A DNA stretch of 64,000 bases, taken from assembly GCA_964016885.1 (NCBI GenBank), contig OZ024741.1, positions 122,574,001 to 122,638,000 of the forward strand, read 5' to 3'. Within the stretch, counting starts at the first letter, position 1, and every line of letters begins with the position of its first letter. Shown here one piece after another: positions 13,122 through 27,202 of this stretch. Under the pieces are notes generated by a model that did not search any database, was not told the DNA's origin, and saw only the letters and a list, made by a program, of their open reading frames with translations. The position numbers and the translations under genes are program-made. Origin of the DNA: Eledone cirrhosa (Eukaryota).

Positions 13122-13534
13122 GGGTGGTGGTGGTGGAAGGAACAAAAATGAAATGAGAGTGAGTATGGAGGAGGAATTGATTTAAACCGATGCTTTGGTC
13201 TGTGTACACATTTAAATAAGAGAAACAAGTGAAAAATTAGAGAGAATATACATTAAGTCAAGATATGTGGCAGGAGCGAACAGTAAGAGTTAAAACAATG
13301 ATATTGTGTAGGTGTTTATCATCTTCCATCTTGTCAAATAATACGATTGTTTTCAATATCAGATTTGTATTCGTTTAGTTTCTCCGTATCGAATTTGCAA
13401 GTAGTCTAGTAAAATATGTCGTATTAGTAGTGTCGTTAAAATGTTACATGATATAATGCTTTCCTGTCTTTATCTCGTCTTTCTATGTCCAGAATTCCAT
13501 TCCTGTTGATATTAACTTTGCTTTTGATTATACT

Positions 13535-13597
13535 ACTTCTTCTTCGCCCACACACTCCTGGGTGTGTTGTGGAGGCAGAGTCCTCAAACAGTCTAGT
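13535..13597 (-). mobile_element. Very short RTE 3' tip with (GAA) tail
   Basis: Reverse complement reads tttgaggactctgcctccacaac...gtgggcg aagaagaag, matching 38226-38270. Confidence 0.6.
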
Positions 13598-13655
13598 ACT
13601 GTTGTCTCTTCTTTCGCTTTCTTACATCTTCTCTCTCTCTATCTCTCTCTCTCAC

Positions 13656-13686
<31 letters not shown>

Positions 13687-14022
13687 CTCTTTCTCTCTCA
13701 CACGCGCTCTTTCTCTGAATAAAAAGGGATGATTTCAAATCTGTTGTCCAAGGCCTTTCATTCGAGGCCGATAAAAAGTATCAGTCAAACACAGGGGTCG
13801 ATTCTTCTTCTATATATCTTTCTCACTTCCATTCATTCACTTTCTATCCTTCTCTCTCGAAGTCCATTGTATTCAGAAATGGGGAGGAGACGAGCTCCAC
13901 TAGGTTTAAAGAAATGCCATAGAAACGCCGTATGCCAATACGACGCCTCTACTACTCACTCAGGAGTTACGGGACCATGCATGTATAATACAATAAGATT
14001 AATTCATTATTAAAGAATTATG

Positions 14023-14200
14023 AGGGCGGTGGATTGGCAGTATCGGTAGAGGGTCGGATACCATGCTTTGACGCATAGAGTTACGGCCCTTGCCATTCTG
14101 AGTTCAAATCCTGCCCTTCATCCTTACGGGGTCGATAAAATAAAGTACCAGTAATGCACTGGTTAATTGCTGGCCTTGTGCCAAAACGTAGAAACAATTA
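14023..14200 (+). mobile_element. tRNA-derived SINE (abundant family, octopus-type)
   Basis: A-box TGGCAGTATCGG, B-box GAGTTCAAATCC, central ttcatccttacggggtcgataaaataaagtaccag. More than 10 copies in the window. Confidence 0.9.
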
Positions 14201-15331
14201 TTAAAGAGGTAATTTTTAATTTAGTAAACATTTAAATATATTATCGCCTTTTTTAGTCCTCACACACACCTATCTGAAGGGTGACATCCCTCATGGGAAG
14301 CATTGCCAAGTAACACTTAATTATTTTAAGTTTGTTATTTATTATGCTTTGGCTGATACAGTATGTAGCTGTGAAGTAATTGGGCCAATCGTGTTATGTT
14401 AACTGTGGAAATCAATATTTCTGATAACCCACATTTGGAATAAAGTTAAGATAGATTGTACTTATACATGCTGAACTGAATTATATGTAAATGTGCTTAA
14501 TATGAATTCAATTCAATAGCATTATATATAAAAATCCATTTGATTAACAAGACGAATAACATTGAGAAGTCTACATTGAAAGTCAGCACAGAACTTTTCA
14601 TTTCTATTCATATCTGGAGGGCTTGCCTTGACTTTCTCCTCAATCTGCCCCAGATGACTATTGCTTGGTTGCATATTTTACTATTCCTTTATCTGTTTCA
14701 GATCAAAATGTCGGTATTGTTCTCAAAGGATGTTGCTAGTGACTCCACCGAATCTCTTGATACACCAGAACTGAAAAGACTTGAGAGATAGGAACAATAC
14801 ATCCATTTGCCCCATTGTACTAAATGTATGGCTTTTATTATATGCAGGATTCTTGTTTTATTATTTTATTCCCATAGGTATTTGTAGTAAAACGCTGATC
14901 CTTAGAAGCTGAAATCAGGCCTACTGTTTGTGCTTTTGTCCCAGAGACTATTAACAAGTGCTGAATACCAATCTTACTCCAACCCGATCTTCCTGCCTCC
15001 CTTTCTTGACTATTGGCCATGTAGTTGTTTTACTCTGTATTCTCGCATTTTCGAATTCGATTTTTATTTTGTCATTTGTTTTATTCTAAAACTTTTAATT
15101 GCTCTATGAGTCGTTTCGTCTTCGATGTAGTTAGTTTCTTCTTCGTACTTTATTATTTCTTTATATGGTGATGAGTTGTTTTATTTTTTCCCTTCATTTG
15201 CCCATCTTATCTTACTTAGATTCCGTTTCTTTAATTGTAAATACTTTCTAGCCCAACGTTTGTTACTTTGTTTTCTATTTGTATCAAACATCGTCTTCCT
15301 TGTGTCCATTTTAGTTATATCATTGCTACAT

Positions 15332-15452
15332 GGGCGACGAATTGGCAGAATCATTAGAACGTCAGATAGAATGCTTTGCAGTATTCTTTCCGACTCTCTA
15401 TACTCTGAGTTCAATTACCGCCGAGATCAGCTTTGCCTTTCATTCTTTCGAG
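15332..15452 (+). mobile_element. Older copy of the same SINE superfamily
   Basis: tggcagaatcattag ... gagttcaattaccgccgag ... ctttgcctttcat. Confidence 0.65.
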
Positions 15453-15639
15453 TGCAATAAAAAAAGGAACAGCCAAACACTGAGGTCATTTTTTCATCTT
15501 TCTCACTTCCACACAATCTCCATCCCACCTTCTCTGGAATAAATAGGTTGTATTCATACGGGTACTATCAGAGTTTTTAAATGCCAAGAAACAATGTATG
15601 ACACTACGGCACCCCTACGACTCAACCAAACGTTGTGGG

Positions 15640-18375
15640 TACATAGATACATACGAACATAGGTACATACGTACGTACATACGTACATAAGAATTGCAGT
15701 GTCTTCCCAGATGATTGCCGTCTCTTATTGATTCTTCGTTATGATCCCATCTGCGTCCATGACTTCGTAGATGACTTTGTAGGCCAGCTGTAGATTTGCA
15801 CTGTTTACGACACATGTGACAGAAGAGAGTTGTGCTTTCCACTGGATCGGTGGGGTCACCCTGTGGGACACTATCCTTATGTATCACCATGTGTTCCTTT
15901 AGTCCGGAACTATTTCTACACACTTTGTTGCATATCAAGCACGTTGTTTCGCCAGGTCTTTATTGAGTGGTATTGCTGGTGGTCATTCTTTCATGTGACG
16001 TCAGGTGATTAACATAACCAGCTTTTGAGAGGAGTACACGCTGGCAGAAATTGCATGTCCAACAATTGATGACTTCATCAAGACTGAGAGTACAGCCCTT
16101 CTGGAGCTGACGCTTCAGTTGTTTATATTCTAGACGACATTTCTCAAACGTTTTGCAACTGCGCATTATGAGCTTTCTCCACTCAGCTCCATTTAGAGCT
16201 ACCTCCGCCCAGTTGTCTATATCAAATGCCAGCTCTTTGAGGTTGTTCTTGATGCTCTCCTTGTACCTCATTTTCGGTTTGTGTTGAGGCCTTTGTCCAA
16301 GATGGAGCTCACCGTAAAACAGTTGCTTCGGGATTCTGCTTTCTTTCATGCGGACGATATATCCTGTCCAGCGCATTTGAGAAGAGGTTACTTGGGACTC
16401 AATGCTTGGACATTCTGCCTTGATAAGGACATGGATGTCAGGAGTTCCGTCTTGCCACTTGATGTTGAATATGTGCCTTAAACATTTCTGCTGAGAACGC
16501 TCAAGCAATTTGGTGTGTTTGCATTCAGGTTTTGGCGGAGTATAAAAGAGCAGACAGAATACATGATCTATACACACACACCTTGGTATTGTTGGTAATG
16601 TTGCGATTTTCCCAGACTCTCTCTTCCAATTTTCCGAAGGCAACAGAGGCTTTCTGGGTGCGCAGATGTATTTCAGTGTCCAGGTAGACACATTTATCTA
16701 CTACTCCCAACCTGGTTCCATCAACCATGATATGGGGCTCAGTATATGGTTCTCCAGGAGCAGGGATAAACATTACTTTGGTCTGTTTAAAGCTGATTGT
16801 AAGGCCCAAATGCTGTACACAAGGATGAGAAACGGTCTATAATGTGCTGCATGTCAGCTTCTGTGTGTGCTAGGAAGTCAGCGTCGTGGTGTAAAAAGGT
16901 CTCTGATTAAAGCTTGAAAACCTTTTGTCTTGGCATTAAACATTCTTCAGTTGAAAACCTTTTCAGTGGTTCTGAACCGTAAGTGAATGCCTCTATCACA
17001 ATCATGGAAAGCGTGCGAGCAAGGCAGGGAAGAAGATGGAGAAAAGCGTAGGAGCAGGAATATCACCTTGCTTTACTCCGTTGTCAATTGAGATTTCCCC
17101 AGATAGTTGACCATTGAAGGTGACTCTGGCTTTCATATTTCTGTGCAGCTGCTTTAGCATACTCACAAACTTACGTGGACATCCTACTTTTCCAAGTATT
17201 ATCCAGAGTGCATCTCTGTTAACTGTGTCAAAATTCTTCGTTACGTCGACAAACACTTGATATAGAAAGGCACACTGCAATGCATTTTCTTGTATTTATG
17301 CAGAGAAAATCATGACAACTGTTCCCCTTCCTCCTCTAAAACCACTCTGTGATTCTGGAATTGCTGTAGGACAGATATCCTCCTCCAGGCTGTTGAGCAA
17401 AAGTCTTGCGAGAACCTTGCCAACAGCTTCCAACAAAGTGATGCCACGGTAGTTTCCACATATCGATTTTTCACCTTTGCCTTTGTATAATGATAACAGA
17501 ATACCGTTGATCCAGTCTTGCGGAACCGGGGTCCTATTCCAACAGTCAGTGATGAAGTTGTTTATTGCTTCCGTTACATTATCACTACCGACTTTCAGCA
17601 GTTCGACTGTGATACCATCTAGAACCTGGTGCCTTGCCAGAGTTAACCTGCTTGACTGCCATCTTTATTTGATCAGCAGAGGGAAGTCGATCTATACGGT
17701 GGACTGTTTCACATTGAGGAAGGCCCTCAATCACACCAAAATTCATTGCTGATGGGTTGTCAAACAGGTCAGTAACATGTTCCTCCCAAAGCTGAAGGAT
17801 TTTTGATGGCTCTTTGATGATGATATTGGCATCGTTTCAGATCTCAGAGGAGTTACTGAAGATGTTGGTGGGCCGAAGCCTTGGCGTATCAATGAGTAAA
17901 ATGACTTAAAATCTTTGGTGTTAAAAGCCTGTTGGATTTCTGAAGAGATACTACTCCACCACTCATTTTGTATCCTGCGCAGTTCGCGTTGCAGAGTTGC
18001 CTTGTGATCTTTGTATGCTTTCCTGATAGCTAGTTGTGATACGGGATTCTGATTCAGGAGGTTTTTTATAGAGAGTGTGCTTGGTTTTCTGTAGCTGATT
18101 GATATTAGGATTGTTGTCATCGAACCAGTCCTGGTGTTCTGAAGCCGAGTACCTCAGCTTCCACTGAGTAAACTTGATCTCTAAAGTTTTCCCAGGTGCC
18201 ATAAAAATCAAGACTGTCAAGATTTTAAGTCAGAGTTGCACATACATCTGCTTGCCTCAGGCTGGTGACATCAATGCGTTTCAGTGCTTTCAATACTACT
18301 CATACGAATTCTTTTGTGGATATTCAGCTTGAACTTTCCTCACACTAATTTGTGGTCAGTGCCACATTCTGCACA
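15640..18375 (-). mobile_element. RTE (BovB-like) LINE, 5'-truncated and frameshifted, with three C-terminal C2H2 zinc fingers
   Basis: FDTVNRDALW, GVKQGDIPAPTLFSIFF, GLTISFKQTKVM, RIPKQLFYGEL. Fingers CNFC...HLTSH, ICNKVC...HMVIH and CHMC...HLRSH. (TATG)-like tail near 15640-15690. Confidence 0.9.
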
Positions 18376-18408
<33 letters not shown>

Positions 18409-19613
18409 AACATCACCTTAACTATGGGGATTTGGAACGTTGTTATTAGTTTCTTAATGTTATTTGATCGAAACCATTCAGTTTAAATAACGTCCAATTT
18501 ATAACGTTAAAGATGTAGTTTATAATTAAATATTTAGTATATTATACTTATCTTATTTCCTAAAATTAGCTTTCAGCTTACCATTAGTTTGACGATTCTG
18601 TTAATAATCTGATTTGTGTCGAATTCTCAACTTCATCTCTGTTTTGTTTTATCTTATCAGTTTCATATAAACATTTCAGTATACTTTGTTTTATCAGTTT
18701 CTAGAATTCACAAGTATCTGTATCGCTAGTTCTGAGATAACACTGTGATTTCAGTGTCTAGATCTAATTTAATGTTTCTAGTTATAATTAACTTGCTTCT
18801 TTTAAGCATATACGTTAGATGATGTTGAACTGAAAATGTCAGTGCGATATAGACTGCCGACGAAATAAGCAAACTAAAGTTTTGACACTTCCACAGAAAA
18901 CAAATAAATAAAAGAAAGTAGGCAAAGAAGAAAACTGATGTTGAAGAAAGCACTATTTTGAAACGAAAGAAATAATGTACTCTTTGTGGTTTTTCACACG
19001 GTTTTGATGGTTAATGATAGATACATAGCTCTGCAAGTATCGCGTCAGATAAGGAAATCTAAGACACAGACAAGATTCAGTAACACATAAAGTGTGTCAG
19101 AGGTTTGTTCCTGAGGGGCTATGACTTCTTTCCTGAATTTGTCCCATAGCAAGTCGACATTCATCTGCCTTACGGTTGTGCCTGCTTGGTTTTAGGGTCG
19201 AAGGACGAAGCAAAACGCCTGGCAAAGACAGTGAGATACACAGCCGTCTATAGGGTTGTACTGCATTACATGGTTCAGTGCAGCATAAAGGTGTCATTCA
19301 GGGACATTGGGAATCACGTTGTTTATGTATGGTTATTATACCGTTTGTATATGATTTCGAATAGGTACACAGCATCCCTAATTTGGCACCAGGAAGGACA
19401 TCTGGTCGTAAAATGTTGCTCCAAAAAGAACACCATGATGAGTATGAATATTTTTGTGAAGTCTATAAGAGTAAACTTGAATAGCGAAAATAACCCCCAA
19501 CGCCCTTGCTGCATTATGCATACTTCTGGTATAGTCAGGAGGATAGGAAATCGTTCTTCATTTTAAACAGAATGTAAACGTAAGTGGATTGGTGATACAA
19601 TATGTATTCTATA

Positions 19614-20985
19614 CTAGCAGAAGCTCCCGGCGTTGCCCGGGAATGAAATTGTTCCTTATATATTAGAAGATAAAGCAAAATACGTTGTATAGAAATTTGT
19701 TATTCTAAATACAATTTTCCTCAATAGGGATACATGATGAAATCAATTCTGAATTCATAATACAAAAAAATAAAATAAATAAATAATAATTATAAAACGA
19801 AAATACAAAATTTACCACTTTTATGAAGGGAGATAAATTCTATCACATTAGGAAATTACCTAAGAGCCTCTGGGTAAACAACATTCTTTGTTTTCTTCTA
19901 AACTTGGAGCAACCAACAAAAATTTGACCATGAGAAAAGTAAGGGTCAATTATGTGCAAGCCAGTAAATTTAAAATTCTGACCTTGAGCTTTATTAATAG
20001 ACATTGCGAAGCAAAGTCACACTGGGAATTGTGTTCGTTTGAACTCAAATGACATGTCTGTTGGATTGATTGGAATTTCTTGGAAAGAAAATCTCTTTCC
20101 CAGAGGCAAACCCAGTGATGATGGTAGCTTATATCACATTAGGTGATAATGTTTTCACAATCAACCTTGTCCTATTGCATAATTTAGGAGGATCCAAATT
20201 TCTTAGAAGCATTATTTGAACTCCTACCTTCAGAAAAAGTGCTTTTATTTCATCAGCTCTTGTTCCTCTCGGTATGACCGGTAATATCTGCCTGAAGTCT
20301 CCTGATAAAACTGATGCAACTCATCCCATAGATTTATTGTTGACTCTTATGGCCTGTAAGATCTTATCAAGAGCTCCCATAGCACTTCTATGTGACATGG
20401 TGCATTCATCCCAAATGATCAGATGGCATTAGCGCAACACTTCTGCTGAACCCGAACCTATGCTTTTGTTATAAATTGGACTGTCATTTTTGACCAGGTT
20501 GAGCGGTAATTTAAAAGCAGAATGAGCTGTTCGTCCTCCTGGGAGAAGAGTGACAGCAATTTCAGACGATGCTACAACAACTGCAATTCTTTTTCGTTGC
20601 CTTACCTTGGAGAGAAGTAATGCTACAAATGTTTTACCTGTGCCACCATGTGCACCACGAAAGAAAATTCCTCCATTTTTTCTCTGACTGACGAAATAAT
20701 TTTATCATATGCACAGCCTTGTTCTGGTCTGGAAGAAGTGTAGGTTCATGTTCATTCACAAATGCAGTCAACTCTCTGATGTCATAATTTGTCTCTCTTG
20801 CTATGTCTTTTGAAATTAAACCACTAATTTGACAGTTTGTTTTTGGCAGTCCAGAGCCAGACTTGCAAAATTTCGCCTCTTCATCTTCTTGAAACAATTT
20901 TAAAAAAGCAGTAAGGGTAGTTTATTTTTGAGAAAGTTCTTGTTGCAAGGCTGTTTGTTTTGTAAAGATAATCCTTTGGCCATTC
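19614..20985 (-). mobile_element. Helitron 3' half (degenerate Pif1-like helicase plus 3' terminus)
   Basis: GTGKT, GGRTAHSAFKLPL, IIWDECTM, GDFRQILPV, MLLRNLDPPKLCN, FAMSINKAQGQ. Terminal hairpin CCCGG-gcaacg-CCGGG (19626-19641) followed by CTAG (19614-19617) and T. Confidence 0.92.
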
Positions 20986-21037
20986 TCTAGATGGACACTG
21001 AGATGTATGATGGGTGGGTGCCTCTCTCTCTCTCACA

Positions 21038-21117
<80 letters not shown>

Positions 21118-21118
<1 letters not shown>

Positions 21119-21307
21119 CGAAGGAAATGTGGTAAGGAACCAGCTGGACCATAACGCACCAGAGTACTCAATACTTAGTGTAGTAGAATGGGTAATAGGA
21201 AAAAGTATGACCCCAGCGGCAGAGCTCAAGCTTTTTCGATGGCTATTTCCCTGAAATAGCTGTCGAAACGGCTTGAGCTCTGCCGTCGGGGTCATACTTT
21301 TTCCTAT
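21118..21307. repeat. Palindromic PLE-end fragment (arms 21195-21249 and 21253-21307) retaining the 3' half of a hammerhead
   Basis: GAAA cggc-ttgagctct-gccg TC ggggtc at 21265-21293. Shares gtattgagtac with 4424 and 12580. Confidence 0.65.
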
Positions 21308-21502
21308 ATATATATACATATACATATACATATATATATATATATATATAAATATATATAAATGAGGGGTATAGAGATTGTTTTAGCAAGAAGCTAATAG
21401 TATTCTATAACATATAAATATATATATATATATATATAAATATATATATGTATATATATAATACATTATGAAGAGAGAAGAAGAATCTGTGAAGTATCTG
21501 TG

Positions 21503-21572
<70 letters not shown>

Positions 21573-21694
21573 CACAATTCAAGAGTAACCAATTTTAAAG
21601 AGAGAGATGGAGATAGGAGAGGAGAAGAGAGATTGGTGAATAAGTTAAATAATGTCTTCCTTGTGAAATTTGTGGTCTTGTTTTGCTTAACTAA

Positions 21695-21781
<87 letters not shown>

Positions 21782-21936
21782 ATTAATATGTCGTAATATT
21801 CCACAGACACATATACACTTCACGTAATTGTCAGAGATTCAAGGTAACATAGTGTGTGATGAGACGGACCCTTTTAATCGTAGACATTACTAATTGTTTC
21901 CAGATGGGCAGACTAGGGCAACGTGAAATAAAGTGT

Positions 21937-22140
21937 TTATGTTTTAACAGGGCGTGATCACCATGAAGACGCGAAACTTAGTGATTAATGTGTTCGGCTA
22001 ACGTTCGCAGCGTCATGAGTTCAATTCCCAGCAGTGTATTATTTTGCTGGGAATTGAACTCATGACGCTGCGAACATTAGCCGAACACCTTAATCACTAA
22101 GTTTCGCGTCTTCATGGTGATCAAGCTGGTTAAAACATAA
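21937..22140. repeat. ~97-bp inverted duplication of a tRNA-like SINE head
   Basis: Arms 21937-22033 and 22045-22140 with an 11-nt spacer; each arm has a B-box GAGTTCAATTCC. Confidence 0.85.
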
Positions 22141-22857
22141 TGTAAACATAAATAGTAAAAAGAGCTCTTAACTCCCGATGACATTGTAGGGGTGCATTTC
22201 TAAGACATGGTGCATTTTGTGCATTTTAAATCTTACAGGTTCCATTATACTCCACGCGGAAGACAACCGATTCCTTTCAGAGAGGAGGAGAGGCCGAGAG
22301 ATAATGAAAGTTTGGAAATGATAAACCGAGGTAGAGGAAAATCGACTTCAGTATTAAAGTTATACTTCATGTTTTCGATCTGGAATTGAAAGGAAAAATT
22401 GACCTCGGCTTGATTTGAACTGAGACTGCATTGAATCAACATGAATACCGAGACATTTTTAAACATACGCTCTAATGACTCTGTCAAATTGCCGTCTTAA
22501 TGTAAAGAAAATATCGTAAAATATTACTAGAAGCACGAAACTAACAGACCGTAAGTATATAATTGTTTGTTATTTTATTTAAAATGCATTCGTCCAATGT
22601 AAGTTGACTATAACATCAGTTGGTCACTATAAATATTAGTTGAAAAAATCGTCTAAAGGTACCGCTAGAGGTTGAAAAATTTGAACAGAGAGGCGCCTCT
22701 GTCAACTTTTTTCTGACACAGGGTGTACTTTATCAGATTTTCTCAACTATCATTCGTAGTTATCGACAATTGTTGTCATAAATTTGCGTTGAGACGTTAT
22801 CAGTTCCTAGTTTCAAAATTTTCAAGTTAACCGGATAATTCTTTATTATTTTTTCTA

Positions 22858-23103
22858 AGGGCGGTGGATTGGCAGTATCGGTAGAGGGTCGGACGCCATG
22901 CTTTGACGCATAGAGTTACGGCCCTTGCCATTCTGAGTTCAAATCCCGCCGAGGTTAACTTTGCCTTTCATCTTTATGGGGTCGATAAAATAAAGTACCA
23001 GTAATGTACTGGCTAATTGCTGGCCTTGTGCCAAAAGTAGAAACAATTATTTTTTCTGAGTTCAAATCCCGCCGAGGTTAACTTTGCCTTTCATCCTTAC
23101 GGG
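22858..23103 (+). mobile_element. tRNA-derived SINE plus partial tandem duplicate (23055-23103)
   Basis: Near-identical to 14023-14200. Confidence 0.9.
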
Positions 23104-23654
23104 AGAGTAATAGTAGATACAGATTACATTCTAAATCTATCATAATTTGTATCATTAAGGAAAAAAGCATAATTATTTATGAGTGGAATAAATATTGGGA
23201 AAAATCTAGAGATCATGATCATCATCACCGTTTAACATCTATTTTCCAATCTAGCATGGGTTAGACGAGTTGTCACATCGTGTGACAATTCAGATCAGGT
23301 GTGGACTGAATGCTTTCTATCGAAACACCAAAACGACCAACTGACAAGTTGGACTGGTTACCTTTTCATCGTGTCACCAGCTCCACCAGCTTACAGAAAC
23401 GATCGTGTGCTTTTTGTCGTGTGACCAACACGACCACTTTACAGGGGGGACTGGGAGCTTTATGTCGAGATAATTATCAAATTCTAAACCTCCCTTAACT
23501 CAGCCAAATATATCAACGTATACAATGTGTCAGATACTGATTAATATTGACGAACGAAAACTCAGTTGGCACAGAGCGGACCATATTCCTTTAAATGATA
23601 TTTTATCAAGAACAAGTCGTTATTGTGGAAATTATAAAGGAATTATATGGTATT

Positions 23655-23763
23655 ATTTTCGCCGAAGTTAACTTTGCCTTTCATCCTTACGGGGTCGATA
23701 AAATAAAGTACCAGTAATACACTGGATAATTTCTGGCCTTGTGCCAAAAGTAGAAACAATTAT
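23655..23763 (+). mobile_element. 5'-truncated SINE
   Basis: Central domain and 3' end ggccttgtgccaaaagtagaaacaatt. Confidence 0.85.
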
Positions 23764-24504
23764 TTTCCTAATGCAAATATTATCAGTCTGTGAGAGTTTC
23801 AGAGAGGGGGCGGGGGGCACTTGGAAAAGTGGCACTTAAAAAGGCCACCAAGGCTGAATAAGATTTTCCAACCAGCTATGAATAAGATTTTCCAATTGAT
23901 GAGAGCTACAGAAATAGATTTAACAGCAGAACCATATAACTATTTCTTATCTGTTTTTTCTCCTCGCATTATGCTTCCTTTTCATATTTTCTTTTTCTCT
24001 GGTTTCATATTTCTGAGGGGTATTAGACACCGTTCCGTGTCTGCCATTGCTTACCAGCTTTCTACAAATGATTAAAATAATTAAATAAAGAAATGTATGA
24101 ACATATATAAATGGATAACAATAAAAAAATTTCGAACTGCTTATTTTCTTCCACTTAACAACGAATAAAATAAAATAGAAATAAAATAGAAATAAAATAA
24201 AATAAAATCCTGCTTGCTATCAATACAAAAATGGCGAATAAAATATAAGAACATGAAACATGAAAAACGGTATACAAGAAAAAGAAGAAGAAAAAAACGC
24301 AAATATAATGGCAGCTATAATAATAATAGTAATGCTAACGCAAATAAACTAAACTACACATGAAATAAACTAAAATGATAATAGAATATAAATGAAAAAT
24401 TAAGATAAAAAAAAAAAAGTGATGATTCAAATATCAGATATCGGAAAGTAAAAACAAATAGAAAAAGTACAGTGATAAAAGGTGCTGTGAAGTAAATAAT
24501 TAAA

Positions 24505-25158
24505 ATAATTGTTTCTACTTTTGACACAAGGCCAGCAATTACTCACTGCATTACTGGTACTTTATTTTATCGACTCCGTAAGTATGAAAGGCAAAGTTAA
24601 CCTCGGAGTATGACAGTAGTTTTAACAATAGTAGCTGTACTACAACTACTACTAGTAACAACAACAACAACAACAACAACAACAATAATAATAACAACTA
24701 CTACTAGTAACAACAACAACAGCAGCAGCAGCAACAATAATAATAGTAATAATAATTGTTTCTACTTTTGGCACAAGGCCAGCAATTATCCCAGTACATT
24801 ACTAGTTCTTCATTTCATCGACCTCGTAAGGATAAAAGGCAAAAAACTTTGGCGGGATTTGAACTCAAACCATAAAGGACCGTAACTCTATGCTGCACAG
24901 CATGGCGTCCGACGTTCTACCGATACTGCTAATCCCCCTAATAATAATAGTAATAATAATAATAATAATTGTTTCCACTTTAGGCCCAAGGCCTTCAATA
25001 TGTGGTGGAGTCTATTAAATCGACCCCAATGCTTGCTCGTACTTTATTGTTTTGACTCCACAAATTAACCTCAGCGGGATTTGAAATCAGAAAGTAAAGG
25101 GCTGTAATTTTATGCCGCGAAGCATGGTCTAAGTCACTCTACCGATACTGCCAATCAG
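24505..25158 (-). mobile_element. Three SINE copies in the same orientation (24505-24608, 24752-24938, 24965-25158) separated by (AAT)/(AAC) tracts
   Basis: Reverse complements of the 14023 family (aattgtttctactt..., ggatttgaa, ctaccgatactgc). Confidence 0.85.
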
Positions 25159-25316
25159 CTAATAATAAAAAAATTGAAAAATCAACCATACTGTCAGGCT
25201 TCTCCTCGTCAGGCTTCTCCTTGTAAAAGCAAGTTCTATACTCGTTGTATTGAATAGTAATTCAGTTAATGCTTGGCTGACCTCTCGCATAGTTAAACAT
25301 AAAACAAACACATTAA

Positions 25317-25389
<73 letters not shown>

Positions 25390-27022
25390 TTATATGTACA
25401 TAAGTATACACAGATACGGCAAATTGAAAATAAGGAAATGATAATTATGTGTTTAGCCAGAATGACATAGACAATTAAATATTTACCTTGTGCCGTTCGA
25501 CTATGGAAATTATTCAATGTGAGTGACCAATTATGGGCAGAAAATACAACAACCCAAATAAACAATAAAAAAAGAACAAAAGGAAAAATCAAAAGAAAAA
25601 TGAAAAAGAAACGCTTAATGCTTTGAATTACTGATTATTTTGCAGTTCCGTTTCTATAAGCACAACACGCCAAGTGTAACGCCATTTTTTATTTAGAGCA
25701 TTTTTTTAAAATTTCTGTTTTTCCTTATCAGTACACTTCAACATTTATCAAATATTTACAGCGCGACTCAAACATGGCTGACTAGATACTAACTGGTCGT
25801 GTTTGATATAGTAAGGTATCTTTTACCAATCTAATGCAAAAAATTATAAACGACCAGAAGTGTCTCTAGAGGTTCTATGTATATATTTGAAAGCAGAAAA
25901 GGTTTCTGTATAGCGCAAGTGATGGGAAGTTGTTAAACGCTTTCCACGTCTTGGATACGTTATTGTGAATCAATCTTTTATTAAACAGAACACAATTAAT
26001 AACCCTATTTTCCCATATGTGTTTCCTTTCCATCACCCTATATATCTTTTCTATCACTCCATATTTCCATATAGTTTTCGTAGTTTTTAGGTCCTCCATG
26101 ACAGTTTGACACATTAGATAACACGGTTGCACCATTCCAGTCAATATGTCACTCATGTTTCTTAATCTTCCATTTTGGTGTATATTTCCTGTAGGTTATC
26201 ATGGATCTTTCAATCTTCCGTTTAACTTCTAGAGGATTCAAACAAATTAGCACCTTTGCATACCTGTCGTTTAGGAGTCACAGGATGTGAACGTTCAATC
26301 ACAGCCCGTGTATTCTGATATTTAATTCATTTAGTTCTTTTTGAAATATTGCTTTCTTGGTCTTCTTATTCTTGAAATGTTGCGTACCTGGTCTTCTTAT
26401 GTCTTCCTCTTTTTTTTTTGTCCGCTACAAAATTACCACTTTTACATGTCTGGTATTCGAGATTCGTAGGATGTGCCCAACCAATCAGAACAAGTGTCCT
26501 GAAATGGTTGGAACATAGACCAACGAAAGGTTTCTTCATTCCTTACACAATAATGTCAGGTGACCGAATCCTGTCCAGACAGCATTGATGGGAAACATCA
26601 AGTTTCCTTCCGACTTTTGTCGAATCTTCCAAGAATCATATCCATTTAAGGCCATTCCTAGAACGATGGTCTTATACATGTGTTATACAGTTAATCCTTA
26701 GTTCAATCGTCCCTGGCGTTTCCTTTAATTACATTTTAGAAAATGTAATATTCCAAAAAAATATTATTATATATCGCTTTCAAATTTCTCTATAAATACA
26801 TTGTTTAAATTTATTTAAATAATTATTTACAAAAATCTCAAAGAAATTATCCTTCTGTTCGAAGTCTAGAATTGAAAATATTATTATTGAAAGTTATTTG
26901 CCTAATGCAAATCAATCTAATTCATGTGTATTCTATGTTAATGTATTTCAAATCTCTAAGCGCTACGCCATATATCATTGTCTATGCATATTTTAATTGT
27001 AAAACGAAATTGACCGCGATAA

Positions 27023-27202
27023 AATAATTGTTTCTACTTTAGGCACAAGGCCAGCAATTACCCAGTGCGTTACTGGTACTTTATTTTATCGACCCCGTCA
27101 AAGTCAACCTCGGCGGGATTTGAACACAGATCGTAAAGGGACGTAACTATGCTGGAAAACATGGCGTCCGACCCTCTACCGATACTGCCAATCCACCACC
27201 CT
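27023..27202 (-). mobile_element. tRNA-derived SINE with apparent target-site duplication (aattgaccgYgataaaataat)
   Basis: Reverse complement of the 14023 family; ttgaccgcgataaaataat on the left and ttgaccgtgataaaataat on the right. Confidence 0.88.

Noticed and set aside
14023-14115. tRNA genes
   Set aside because: The A/B boxes belong to multicopy SINE heads and no cloverleaf with an acceptor stem is present.
25680-26720. Possible host exon(s), including ORF 25875..26156
   Set aside because: No recognisable domain or convincing splice pattern; cannot be assigned by eye.
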